Both the position numbers and the translations under genes were made by a program. DNA of 63,703 bases, counting the filler, from Folioceros fuciformis (taxonomy: Eukaryota), in assembly GCA_049999805.1 (NCBI GenBank). It is 5 parts of 5 records of this genome, joined end to end, with 100 filler letters (N's around TTAATTAATTAA, not from the genome) between each part and the next. Parts side by side here need not be neighbours in the genome. Positions count along the whole stretch, not along the records: positions 1 to 28,603 come from JBNGIO010006268.1; 4 more parts are not named here. One strand, 5' to 3'. The notes beneath the pieces are model-generated. The model was not told the DNA's origin, searched no databases, and saw only the letters and a program-made list of their open reading frames with translations. The number at the start of each line of letters is the position of its first letter. The first letter of the stretch is position 1. This document shows positions 1 through 12,101 of this stretch, one piece after another.

Positions 1-8
1 CATGTACA

Positions 9-314
9 GTGTTAGCGTTATATTTCGGCTCCGTCTTGAACGTGCTACGCCGACGGCTTGGAGAAGAGGAAAGGAAGGAGGCAAAGTTGGCAAAAGCGAA
101 GGCAGCAAGAGAGGAAAGAAAGAAGCAAAGTGAGTGCATCCGGTCTCTTCGCAATTTTGCGTCTTTACTACCCTTCAGATTTCTTGAATGTACAATATCT
201 TCCTCTTTTTCAGGGCTCAACGTGAATGACGAGCTCCCCTCATGGAGATCTAAGCTCAAATTTCTTGTATTGTTACTCGTGATCTCAATTGCGATCAAAA
301 TGCAATTCTTCTAA
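9..314 (+). CDS. Probable 3' end of an unidentified gene (basic coiled-coil, then a hydrophobic C-terminal tail); starts upstream of the window
   Basis: Open frame with a Lys/Glu/Arg-rich helix, an in-frame 84-nt GT-AG candidate intron (130-213, pyrimidine tract before CAG), then ...RLNVNDELPSWRSKLKFLVLLLVISIAIKMQFF*. Confidence 0.35.
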   Translation: MLALYFGSVLNVLRRRLGEEERKEAKLAKAKAAREERKKQSECIRSLRNFASLLPFRFLECTISSSFSGLNVNDELPSWRSKLKFLVLLLVISIAIKMQFF

Positions 315-383
315 GCCAGTTTTGCTCCAGATGACAATTCCATATTTCATCCAGTTTTCTCCTGAAAACGATTCTGGCCTCTG

Positions 384-1311
384 CTACATACGAATCGGAT
401 ACAAGACTACCGCTACGACCTGACCAACATCGCAGTGGATCGGTTTACTCGAGATCCAAACAACCGATCCCGCCTGAAATCTTGAGCCGCTTGTGCTACT
501 CCTTTCCCGAAATGATCATCCAACACCACAACTCGCACCCTATACCAACGTAAACAGTCTCAATAGACCACCTCACAGAAAATTTCCAAGAAAGAACGTC
601 TGGATGTCTGCTCACCTGCTTTCCTTGTCGTCAAGCGTTTTCGATGCCTTTCTCCGCTTCTTCACAGATACAACTGGCACTTGTTCCTCCTCGCCTTCCG
701 GCTCCGGCTCAGCAACCTCTGCAGCTCTGTGTGCAAAACGAGTACGCAATTAAACAGCTCTCTCCCTATGATCGAGTACGAGAATCACTCCCGCATCCAC
801 ACAGCTGCAACATGAGTCATCCTTACTGTTCTCGTGCTGCCAGATAACGAACAATCTCTTCCGGAAGGAATCCGCTGCTGTCAACAGCAGGAGCTTCGAT
901 CTCCAGGACCGGGTCGGGCTTCTCCTTGCCCTTGGCTTTCTTTTCACTCCCTCTCTCAGACCATTTGCGTCGCCTTTCCTTGGCTTCAGCTGCAATTCTG
1001 GTGAGGCGACAAGCAACTGTCACGCAATCGGCTCCATCACAGCTCTTTTGCTATTAGAGCGTTCGAAAAAGTTTGTACTTGCGCACCTCTTCCTACTGGC
1101 ACGCTCCTCTTTGGTTTTGTCCTCGGCCGCAATCCGCGCCTGCCAAGCCCACGGTCAGCTGGAAGGCATACGACATGGCATCCACATCTACACAAGCCCT
1201 AGCTCCTCCCTTGCCACCACTCACCGACGCGAGAGTCACTTCCTCGGGTCGTTCATCCCCATCGTCATCGGTCTCTTGAGGCGTCGCTAGGCGGTCGTCA
1301 CCACCCGCCAT
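384..1311 (-). CDS. Nucleolar protein 7 / Utp16(Bud21)-like small subunit processome factor, multi-exon; 3' end approximate
   Basis: Spliced translation has an acidic start (DDDGDERPEEVTL), a basic coiled coil (RIAAEAKERRRKW), an FLPEEIV motif and C-terminal AAQDFRRDRLFGSRVNRS, matching the recalled NOL7 layout. GT-AG introns are visible. Confidence 0.55.
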
Positions 1312-1523
1312 TTTCACCAAGGCTTTGCCCTACCGGATCTTTTTTTTCATATTCGTGCCGGAAGCATGTCATACAGGTAGTGTAGGTCGCTGTCCGGGCT
1401 AGTAGGAATTTTTCATATCGGACTCCGGGCTTACATATACAAGCAAGCGACAGATCTACGGATTAGGTCTGAACGAGAAAAGATCACATAATCGGCCCCT
1501 TCAGGGCCTTCTCCTTGCGCAGC

Positions 1524-3106
1524 ATGAGGATGATGAGAATCCTGTTGTTGCTACTTGTCCTGTCCGCTGCTACAGATTGGGCAACTGGGTTTCAGTCGGA
1601 TGAGCTTGCAGAGGAGGAGGAAGAATTGATACAGCCGCAAGTTTCCACGGAAACACCTTCTCCAGTACTGAGACAAAGCGTGGGATCTCCCTCGGAGGTA
1701 TCCAGGTCCTCCGGAGCCTCGCCTGCCGATGCCGCAGCATCCGACAGGAAGATTGAGTTCCCGCTCGAGCATGCCTTCGGGGATTCACGCTTCGCTCCGG
1801 CCGGAGTATTTTCAGCCTGGCTTCGATCAACTTCTCAGGGTGGGCTGGTACTGGGGACACAACCTTTGTCTGTCTGTTTGTCTTTAAGCAATCAATGCAA
1901 CCAGCAGTCTCGGGCGGGCGGCTGTGGCTGAACAACTTGTTTTCTCCGTGCAGAAACTGTCCAAGTTTCGCATGGTTAGGAACCCCTTCTCGGAGAAAGA
2001 GCAGAAGCGGTTTGAGGTGAGCCCGCAGGGTTGTGTTCCTGAATTTCTGATGGCGGGATTTCATGTGTTCTTTAGTAAAAAAGGCTGACATTTGCGCCGC
2101 AGAGTCTGATCAAAGCAGATGGGTACTACAGTGTCCGTGTTCCGGCGAATGTGATCAAATTGGGGAATGTCTATGTACAGACATCTGTGAAAGCGGTAGG
2201 TCGCTGCAGCCTTTTGTGACTTTCTGCCTTACCCTCTCCGTCCATCTGCCATTGCAGGCATCGATTCTGTTGCACTAAACCTCCTGTTTCATGCTCAGAG
2301 ATGCTTGTCTATCGGTGATTTTCAAGAACGCTTTGAGCTGCACATGGTCAGTTTTGTAGTAAGCCTGTTAGGCACGTTGTGGTGCGTCCACGCTGTTTCA
2401 GTTTCTGCTGCTCCAAAGTTCTGCCTAACAGTGGACCGGTGGGGCCTTCAGGATCAAGGTTCTGTACTAGGAGTTTCTTATGGTCCTAAAGGCGATTGCC
2501 CGTTCCCTCGTCCTGAAGTCTACGTAAATGCCTCTCCCGCCACTTGTCACTGTCGGGTTGTTCGATCTGCTTTTGTGTGTGTCCTGGTGTGATGTATGGT
2601 TATTTCATACTGGCTGGCCTTGTCTGTGCAGCCGAAGAAGTGGCCATCGTCCAGCCAGGCGCATGTTGCAGTGAAGAGCAGTGAGCAAGCCACAAGGTAC
2701 GTCCTGTCCGATGGGTGAGTTTGCTGTTGGATACCCGTTTCAAAGAAACTTAAGCAATCTGTAACCTTCAGATTGACGTCACTGGTCCAAGATCTCACCC
2801 CCATTGAGCCAGGCCCAGACGGCGAAGTCCAGGTGCCTGTCGAGAAAACTTTCTGGCAAAAATATGTAAGTGTTGCTCTCACCTCATCCACGTCCCTTAA
2901 AATTGTGGTAGACTGTACTTCTCACCATAAACGCATATGCTGTCAAACCTAACATGTGTATCCTTGCTTTTCAGTGGATGTACGTGTTCCCTGCTGCCAT
3001 GATCCTTGTTAACCTTTTGACTGCGATGGCCAACGTTCCGGAAGAAGGTGCTGCTGCGGGTCAGGGTCAAGGAGGGCAGCCACGCGTTCCTGCACGTAGG
3101 AGATGA
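1524..3106 (+). CDS. EMC10: ER membrane protein complex subunit 10, multi-exon
   Basis: Signal peptide followed by FQSDEL, KIEFPLEHAFGDSRFAPAGVF, VSYGPKGDCPFPR and KTFWQKY|WMYVFP, then a TM segment and a basic tail ending at TGA 3104-3106. This is the plant EMC10 pattern. Confidence 0.85.
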
Positions 3107-3192
3107 CAACTTCTCCGGGCGCATTTCCATGAACTCGACCACAGGGTTTTGAGCGCATAACACAAGACTAGACCCGCTCGCTTCAGACAGCA

Positions 3193-3303
3193 CAAGGGGC
3201 GTGGTCCGGAGACAACTTTTGCACTCCCAAGTTGTGAGGAGGAGCCAGTAATTTAGTTAACTCAAGACAAGGGTCATAGTCCGGAGACAGCGTTTGTACT
3301 CCC
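3193..3303 (+). repeat. Imperfect ~36-bp direct repeat pair
   Basis: caaggggcgtggtccggagacaacttttgcactccc (3193) versus caagggtcatagtccggagacagcgtttgtactccc (3268). Confidence 0.6.
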
Positions 3304-3788
3304 GGGCAAGTCGCCCGTTTGCTGTTCCTGCTCATTTGAGAAACGAGCCTCGGCATTCAAAGGGGCCAGATTCATTGTACTACCTACCATGAGCGCGATG
3401 ACGAAAATTATATCGTCATGGTCTTCCACGTACTCACTTCATCACCTCCGAGTGTTGGTACCAAGAGATTCGAGCAGCGTGAATTCACTGGTTGCTATGG
3501 GTCAGGGTACGTGGCAGAAGCACATGGCGATGGAGTGATGGTTTCCCCTCTCAGAAAGTCATACTTGGTGGTGCCGAGACCTCAGACCTCACATAACAAA
3601 ATTCGAGCAGGTTGGAATGGATTGGTTCATGCCAACTGTCAAGTCAAACAAATCGAAAAGAAGGGTCACGCAGACAAAGGCGAAGATAGAAAAGAATATC
3701 CCCGCGTTGACCACGGTGATGGGGATAAAAAGATCTGTAACAGGGGAGTAGGAGGCTGTGGACAAACGGCTACAGCTCGGGCTCCCCT

Positions 3789-5003
3789 ATGGATCCTCAG
3801 AGTGAGAGGTGCGAGCTGAATATTGGAAGAGTGGATGCAAGTTAATTGTTTGAGGCCTTGTGCTTATGCTGCAGATTGTTTCCTTCTGATGGGAGCAGAT
3901 GGTGGTCGAAAGATACTGTGGCTATTGTGACCGGGGCAAACAAGGGGATAGGCTTTGAGATCGTGAGACAGCTCGCCCAGAAAGGGATAACCACTGTTCT
4001 GACTTCAAGGGACGTGAAGCGAGGAGAGGATGCTGTGAAGACTCTTGTGGCTGAGGGCCTTCCTGTTGTGTATCATCAGCTGGATGTTGTAAGTGCTGAG
4101 TCCGTGCAGAACCTGGCGGACTGGTTGAAGGCGCAGTACGGGGGTGTGGATATTCTGGTGGGTGTACATACCTGGACTGGGCCATCTTCATCACACGTGC
4201 AGTGCTAACGTTGGTTCCGTCGGATGGTATTAGTGTACCCAGCAGAGGGGTACATGTTTCCTTGATGCTGCTGTTCTCGTCTTCTCTACAGGTCAACAAT
4301 GCAGGTGTCTTTGACCCTGAGAATTCCGCTGTGTTGTCCTTCAACACAAACTACGTCGCTGTGAAACATATAACGAGCACATTCTTGCCTCTACTGAAGG
4401 CGTCTGAAGCTGGCGCACGAGTGCTTACTGTCAGCTCAAGACTAGGCTCGCTGCAGGTGAGCCTTGTAGCTTCTCCCTCGTTGCTTCTATGCTTGCAGAT
4501 TCTGAACGCAGGAGGGAGAACTCCGGCTCAGAAGCTCATCCTTGTACTGTCCATTGGCTTGCTGCTCCTTGTAGAGAGTCTCCAATGAATCTGCAAGGCA
4601 GACGCTATTCAATGCAGACAAGCTTTCGGAGGAGGCCCTGGATGAACTGCTGCAGGAATGTTACGCAGGACTCAAGAGCGACAACGAGAGTCCGTGGTCG
4701 AAAACCAATTACGGCACATCAAAGGCGTTTGTTAACGCTTATACACGGGTTTTGGCCAGGAAGCTGGCCGCAAGGCCAGCAGGACAGAAGATCTACGTGA
4801 ACACCTTTTGCCCTGGGTGGACCGTCACGGATTTGGCCAAAGACTACACGCATAGCGAGATTGGAGCCTCGTTTCTCCCTGAAGAACAGGACTGGCGCAG
4901 CCCTGAAGTGGCATCAGGAGATGCTGTGTGGCTCTTATTGTTACCAGCCAAGGACACGCCATCAGGCATTTTCTCTGCTGAGAGAACCGAGATTGCCTTC
5001 TGA
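3789..5003 (+). CDS. Short-chain dehydrogenase/reductase, carbonyl reductase / (+)-neomenthol dehydrogenase-like, multi-exon
   Basis: RWWSKDTVAIVTGANKGIG (TGxxxGxG), VDIL|VNNAG, VSSRLG, catalytic YGTSK (YxxxK), VNTFCPGW. Likely ATG at 3789 in a short first exon. Confidence 0.88.
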
Positions 5004-5917
5004 TTCAGGGATTGCTGCTGCTACTTATCGACCTAGAAGCATCACACATCCGGGGACGCGGATTTGTGATGTGACAGAAGTTACTGCAGCCAGCTGCCTG
5101 CACGAGGATCCGCTGGCCGAGATCGTTGTGTCTGTTGACTAACTGTGCTTTAACTTGTAGTACAAAGCACCTGGTTGGTTGTTTTTGGTGCTAGGAGTTG
5201 GGTTCGCGTGAGAAGAGGACATCTTGGTGTAGGAGGAGGAGTAATAAAGAACAAGGGATGATCCGAGATCTCGATATCAACGAAAAGAGTCTCACTTATC
5301 TTGACAATCAGAAGACTCGTACTGTGTTTGTGTTACAACACTTTTTCACCTACCTTTCTGTCCTACGTCTGTCGGGCATGGAGGACATAAGGCACATTCA
5401 AAGGCCCAAGCCACTTTCCCTGTTTGCAACGAGAGGGTAACTTGAAACCTCGATAGATCACATGAAGTTTACAAACGGACGGACAAATTTCTCAAGAGTC
5501 CTCAAACATCTTACAAGAGTGTACACATGCCCCATCTACCATGTCTAACTGAGTGATGGGCACCATCTCTCAGCTAGGCAACATCACGAGGCTCCACTCC
5601 TGAGCAGATCGACGAGATAACGGCACATACATGACATGAAAAATGGTCGATGGATCAAAGGCATGCCTCCTCCCAAGCATATTGTCAAAAAGCCAACCCA
5701 TCGCTTGCAGCTCTGCAGCTGGGGCGGAACAAAGCCCAATACGTTGATTGCCATGATCAAACGCTTTTTGTACACACCCACGAGGACAACTCCCAAGAAG
5801 CGGTGGGGTAAAGATGGAACCATGGAGGAGCCCGATTTGAGTCGCAAGATGTACAGTCTTCTGGGGCACCATGAGCGAGGCCATCGTCGTTGCCCATGCC
5901 CTGGGCCATCTCACATC

Positions 5918-7447
5918 TCAAACAGCTTTGGCAAAGCCGACCCTTTCCTTGCCGTAGTCAAAAACAGTGTGGTAGACACCCATGAACACATCTCCAAGTA
6001 TCCACAAAGGACCTGCAGGGGGTGCAACATCGAGGCCGATAAACCCACTGATGCACTGCGCATCCGGCCCCTGGCCCACTTGCAGGATATAGTCTCTGGG
6101 TGAGAGTATGTACTCCTTCTCTGCAATGGTGAAGCTAACGTCGGGCAAGGTATCCACATCCGCACATCTCACCACTGACTCAGCCATAGGACTAGGCAGC
6201 CTGTCACAAATCTCATCCAAATACCTCTCGATCTGAGCCTTGGTCCTGTTGTCCCTTAGCTGGTTTTGAGCCCATTCCACAGCCATCTCGCACGCAGCAC
6301 ATGCAGGATCACTGCCCACGCCCTCCTTGCCCAACCCAATGCTCACATTCTCCTCCTCCACCACGGTCCTGATCGCAGCAGCATCATCCCCAGCCACACG
6401 ACGACACAACCCAAGACGCTTGCATATCTTCCCTGCCTCTATCTGCTCCAGCAGCATCCCGATGATCACATCACTGTACTCCTCCACCACCAGCTTACAA
6501 GCCTGGCTCACCACGCCGGTTGCCCCGATAGCATGGTTGATCTCAGCCACAATGACCGTGGGCCCAGCCAGCAAGGCGGTCCCGGAATCCACAATGGCCT
6601 GGCACCCTGAAGCACAAAACCCAGTACTCTTCCCCGCGATCCTCACATCCCCCATCTCGATCTGCCAGTACCCCCTCTTCGTCACAGGAGCATACGCATG
6701 GCTCCCAGTGTAATGAGCCTCGTCAATCCCGCCCAGCACCAGCTCTCCCCCATCCTTCCCATCAGCATCCCTGTTCAGCCAGAAGGATATCACATTCTCC
6801 GGCACCAGCCCCTGAGCCCAGATGTTGTCCCACACAGGCACCACCCCGCCCACAGAGATCTCCGGAAAACCCAGCCCCAGGATCCCATCAAACTTGGCAG
6901 CCAGGAAGGTGAACCCGGGCTCCTTCGTGGCCTCTGCAAACACCTGCTTCTTCACAACCAAATCCCCGATCGTCAAATCATCCTCGCTCAGGAACCCGGA
7001 CATAGATCCGCTCCCGTACTTGATGGCGAATGCCTTGCCGTTTGCCTGGTACGTGCTGGACTTTCGCGAGCTGTACCTGTGATGAAAGTAGCAGGTCAGC
7101 GACAGATAGCACTTGGACGACGGCACCCACAGGTTGGCACTCCCCGTGTCGAAGATGACAGTAAACTTCTGGGGCGGCGTGCCCAGCCCGATCTCACCAT
7201 AGTACTGCGCATCCAAGAAATTGTTGAGCGCAACGTAGTCAGGGGATGAAGCCACCGCCCCTTGCTCGCCCAGCACCTTGTTCAGCCCCCTTTCCCTGGC
7301 CTTGATGGCCTTTGCCGCATTCCGTACTCCCCTCGCATCCAGAGGCTTCTTGTGCAAGGCCACTTTCGTGGCAGCTTCCGCCCCCTGATGTTGCTGTAGA
7401 AGGCAGCACAGGAGTAGCGCCGCCCAGAAAAGGCTCTGGACACCCAT
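5918..7447 (-). CDS. Typical plant aspartic proteinase (phytepsin, pepsin A1 family) with saposin-like plant-specific insert; single exon
   Basis: Uninterrupted 509-aa ORF: signal peptide, prosegment, LDAQYYGEIG, catalytic DTG and DSG, a Cys-rich PSI, and WILGDVFMG...GFAKA. Confidence 0.97.
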   Translation of the reverse strand: MGVQSLFWAALLLCCLLQQHQGAEAATKVALHKKPLDARGVRNAAKAIKARERGLNKVLGEQGAVASSPDYVALNNFLDAQYYGEIGLGTPPQKFTVIFDTGSANLWVPSSKCYLSLTCYFHHRYSSRKSSTYQANGKAFAIKYGSGSMSGFLSEDDLTIGDLVVKKQVFAEATKEPGFTFLAAKFDGILGLGFPEISVGGVVPVWDNIWAQGLVPENVISFWLNRDADGKDGGELVLGGIDEAHYTGSHAYAPVTKRGYWQIEMGDVRIAGKSTGFCASGCQAIVDSGTALLAGPTVIVAEINHAIGATGVVSQACKLVVEEYSDVIIGMLLEQIEAGKICKRLGLCRRVAGDDAAAIRTVVEEENVSIGLGKEGVGSDPACAACEMAVEWAQNQLRDNRTKAQIERYLDEICDRLPSPMAESVVRCADVDTLPDVSFTIAEKEYILSPRDYILQVGQGPDAQCISGFIGLDVAPPAGPLWILGDVFMGVYHTVFDYGKERVGFAKAV

Positions 7448-9282
7448 CGTCTATGCAAGAGAACGAGCTACTTCTTCCTTCAAACAACCAGGATGCACTG
7501 CAACTCGCCGGGCAGAGCCCTCGCAGAACATTCGATCCACTCCTGCTGCTGCTGAATGGTCAGTTATATCTGCTCGGCGGGGATTTCCTCCCTGGTGGGT
7601 GGCGGGTTTCGTTCCGGAGAGGGACAAGACGTGATACGGGTTTGGGCGACGTCTCAGAACCCGATTTGGAATGCTCCAGCGTGGGAGGAGCTCGCACTGT
7701 ACAGGCAGAATTTGGTACCAGCATACGACTACAGGGCACGCCATTATCACAGCCTACCCGACGTGTCGATGGGGAAGCGCGTGCCAGGTGGGAGTCTCCG
7801 GTTTAGTTACCTTCGATTCACAGGGAGCTGGGTTGTGTAGCCCCGGCCGAGGGTGCTCCATCCAGGGATGTCACTGCGCGAGCTAACCTTGGATTTACCC
7901 GATGATGGTTCACAATCCAGCTGATGATTTTCCTGCCTGTTTTTACCCCGCATAAGCAACTCATCGTCCCACACTGGACTAGGTAGAGTGCTTCTGAGGA
8001 ACATGTTGTCTGAGAGGAAAGCTTTCTTCCTTTCCAAGGAAATGCTTGTGATTTGGTCATACAGTGTGAAGAGAACTGCACAGTTCTTTGTCCTCTCATG
8101 TTTCTAAGGAGAACAGTGTCTGATTCACCCATCCCTGTGCAAATGGATGGGTGATGGGATGATCTGAAAGGATTCTGCACTGACCTACGCAAAGGATTCC
8201 ACACTTGTTTATCCAGTGGATTCGAACGCTCCTGCATCCCAACGAGAACCTGGAGTTGTGAACGATAAATGCCTACGACAACCGTTGCACCTATACCCCA
8301 CTCCCGTTACGCCACTTAGCCCCTGCAAGACCCTGGAACCAGAATGATGAGGGAGGCATGCTTCTTGCTGCACGGGCCAGCCCGGCAGACAGTGGCATCT
8401 GCGATTAGCTCTGACACCCTGCAAGACTGACGTGCCTAGGATCTTACCTACGTGAGCTGTACTATCTTCGAAATCCGAGCTTCTGCTTCGATGTAATAGC
8501 CACAGCAACTAGCGCCAGGGTGCAGTCCTGTTTGGGTAGAAGATGTTCCGGTTGATGGAACTCCTCCAACTCCTGCGAAGGAAAATGACCACAATCCAAA
8601 CTGGGAGGACGACCGCAATGCAGATGCAGTCTCTTCCTCTGTAGGTAGACACTCCATGGTGCCCGTACGCAAGTTCAGGGTACTATGAACAGCTGGAGAA
8701 ATCTAAGCAACATCGTCAAAAGTCCATGAGATGCCAGCCGGCACAGTTGATCGGAAAACTGGCTCTACAAATAGTCCTTAGCACGACTACGACAAAACAT
8801 ATATAGCCCTGCTTGAAGTCCTGCCCGGGAAAGAGAGTTGGAGCTTGGAGAGAACTGAGACAAGAGAAGCTACCAGAGATGCTCAGACTTTGAGACGTAC
8901 ATAATAGTATGTATGTGGTGCATTTCAAATGATGCACCAATAGGGGATTCAGGTTCTGCGGACGATCGGCGGTCATTTTGAAGCTCACTGCAGCAGAAAG
9001 AAATAGTTCGGATGCTTCGGCCCAACAGGACCCTTCGATTTGCAGACCCCAAGCGATTCTGGCCAGTGTTTTGTTCCACTGGCCTGCCGGTGCGCCGCAC
9101 GACTCCCAGCAGTCTCTTGCCAGTCTGGTGCATTCGTCTTCTGGCCGCAGCTGGGCAGCAAGGAGCAGGGAGCCGGTTTCCATGGTGGGTTGTTTGGCAA
9201 GGACTTCTCTCACTGCAGGAAGGAGGTGACTGGACAGAAGGTGATCAGAAGTATCTCAGTTCTGTTGCAGTGGTAGGGATGC

Positions 9283-11623
9283 ATGGGGAAAGGCAGGGAG
9301 GTGCACCCGCGAAGAGCGAAATCTTCCAGACCGAAGGTGGGTTCCCACTCTCGCTTTCGTGAGGCGGGTTTGCGAGTTTCTTGTTGTTGAAAGGGATGCA
9401 AGTGTTTTGCTCATCCCGGAAATTTGCTGCGAGTGATCTACCAAATGTTCCTGAGATGCATCGTAAAGTCTGACAAGCTCGGGCATCAGTTTACAGATAG
9501 GGTTTGACTCATCTTGTTGCAGCCTAACATCGCCTTGTGTGCTGTGCAGGAAAGGGGCCGGGCAGGAGATGCTCTAAAATTTCGTGAGCAGCTAGGTCTG
9601 CTGCATCTTAGGATTGTTGAAGTCACAGCGGATGGGAATTGCTGCTTCAGGTACCTCCGAACCCCTGCTGATCCATGTCCTTCCTGTTCTTTCTCTCCTT
9701 CGTTGCACTGAGAGCATGGCCACATTCTTTGCCGAAAGTAGTCTAATGGCTTTTATGTTGTCACACTAGGGCTGTCTCTGATCAACTGGAGGGCAATGAG
9801 TACAAGCATCACGAATACCGCCAGCAAGTTGTCGACTACTTGGAGGTAAGCTGCTCACGTTATGTTTGTTGTGTGTGTGATTTCTGCTTCCCGTTCAGCG
9901 ACAAGACATGTCTCCTCACAGGCCCACCGGGAAGAATTCGAACCATTTGTAGAAGATGAAGTTCCTTTCGATGAGTACTGTCAGACGATGCGTGAGGATG
10001 GCACATGGGCTGGGAACATGGAGCTACAAGCGATCTCGCTTGTGACTCAATGCAACATTTGCATTCATCGTGTACGTTCCATCAGATCACGTGTACTGTG
10101 CGACGTCTTTTGGCCAAGCTTAAGGTCAGCCTCAGAGCCCAGGAGGAAGCTCAAAGAAATGACCCTTGTTGATACCTGTTTCTGTTGCAGCTCATGTTTC
10201 CAAGGTGGCATATCAAGAACTTCGACGATCCAGGAAAGCAGACGCTTCATTTGTTAGTGTTCTTGTCCCTCCCCTTGACCAGACGCAAATTCGTTTGAGA
10301 GAACCTGCATGAGCTATTTTGTCTTGAATCCTATTTAGCATTTCGAATTGCCAGCTTTTGACTGGACGTTACTTCAGATTGATGGGGGGTTGGTTGGCAG
10401 ATCTTATCACGACGGTGAGCACTATAACAGTGTGAGGCACAAGGATGACAGTGGTATTGGGCCAGCCACCCCAATCATCATCGAGGTCTGTCAGAGCTTT
10501 TTGCTTATGTCCTTGATGAGGTGCTGATCGGATTACGGGGAGAACTATTTGATTCCAGAAATGCTGGTAGCAAACTAAATTAGCCTCTGCTATAAAGACT
10601 GATGCAGCCTCTACAACAAAGCCTTCGGCCAATAACTGCAGAGTGGGTGTTAGAAGGATACAATCTGGATCCGCCCATGTGGATGAGTCTGCCGTCAAGA
10701 TGGTTGTTGCCAGCACTGGATGCCAAGACAGGTCCCATGTGCACAAGGTGTGGAGTCCAGTGCAACTGCGCTTTGCTTTGCAGCTTATCAGCAGCCGTCA
10801 GCCATGGTGTGACATGAAGGTGTTTGCCCTGGTGATGCAGGTTCTGCAAGAGGTTCATGGAGACACAGATGCTGCAATAGAGTTTCTAATAGCTGAAATG
10901 AATAACTCACCTCAACCTGTTCTTGATCCAATGGTTTCAGACACAGAAGAGGATGGTACGAGCGTGGCAATTCTTGCTTGGCTTGGCCTCTCCAGGATCC
11001 TGGCATTGAGCCCTTCCTATTTCTGCAGGAGGTATGGAACCTGAAGTGGACCCCAGAGGAAATCAAGACGCAGTAGCAGCATCAAGAGCGACTGATGATA
11101 ACGACCCAATGGAAACTAGCTGTGGTGGGGGGCCTGATCTGGAATTTTCAGAGTTGCCGTTCGCACAAGAAGAACTACCATCTTCTCCCGAAAATGGGGC
11201 AATGTTGACGAGGTCCAAGGTAGTTCCCTCGTTCGTCCTACAAGACATATGATGGAAAAGGTGTGCATGATTGATGTTCAGCACCTTGGCTTGTCCAGGC
11301 TGCAAGAAATAAGCCATGTCCTTGTGGGTCCAAGAAGAAGTACAAAGCCTGTTGTGGAGCAGTTCGGCCCCGGTCAACACCAACAGTGCAACCACCCAGG
11401 TATGTGCGGCCATGGCAATGCCTGTGGTTCAAGTGGTCCATTATTCCTGGATTACGTAGTCCTCTTGTCACTGACATCCTGCTGTTGCAGTTATCCGGAT
11501 TTGACAAACAAAGCTCGGAAAGAGAGACTCAGATCTGCAAAATCAGCTCCTCAGCTGCCGACCAATGGTTCCCGAAGGCGCGGCCCTTCAAGCGTGGTAG
11601 ACATGGGGTCGCTGCAGATATAG
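9283..11623 (+). CDS. OTU-domain deubiquitinase (OTUD3/plant OTU7-like) with CUE/UBA-like domain and SEC-C motif, multi-exon
   Basis: Catalytic ADGNCCFR, FEPFVEDEVPFDEYC, DGTWAGNMELQA, SYHDGEHYNSV, GDTDAAIEFLIAE, SEC-C RNKPCPCGSKKKYKACC, and C-terminal DMGSLQI*. Confidence 0.9.
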
Positions 11624-12101
11624 TCTCTTGTCCTCCTCCCTCATCCTTTCGAGACGTAGGGCGCAATTGAAATGAATGGAGGGGCTTGAGCCCCACGTCA
11701 TGCGTGTTTTCCATAAACGTAGCAGGCAAAGCACGAGGACGCAGACGAGAAGAAGACTGTGAGGAGTGGTGGCTTTGGACATCGCTGCATTGTTGTTCAT
11801 GTGGCTTTTGAGTTCCCCCCGGGTGGTTTGACAGAGGCCTCCATTTAATGGACCTCAAGAACGAGAGGATTCAGAACCTTTACATTTCTACTCAGCTCGC
11901 ATAGCAAGAGAAATTTCTTTACGTTGTCTGTCATAACAGCTGACGGATACTGTATGCCAGACGGCATAGATCTGTTGCATCACCAAGTATTCACAGTTTA
12001 ATTCCTCCAATCCATCTACGGGTCACTTAAGACAATTCTGCGGCTGCTGTATCCTCCTCGGACTCCCATTCCACTGCTCCCCACGCTCGCATCCATCCGC
12101 A

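Noticed and set aside
6266-7249. Long + strand ORFs opposite the phytepsin; similar antisense ORFs over PCK1, WASH1 and the BtuF-like relic
   Set aside because: These are shadow ORFs from GC-rich codon usage on the coding strand and carry no family motifs.
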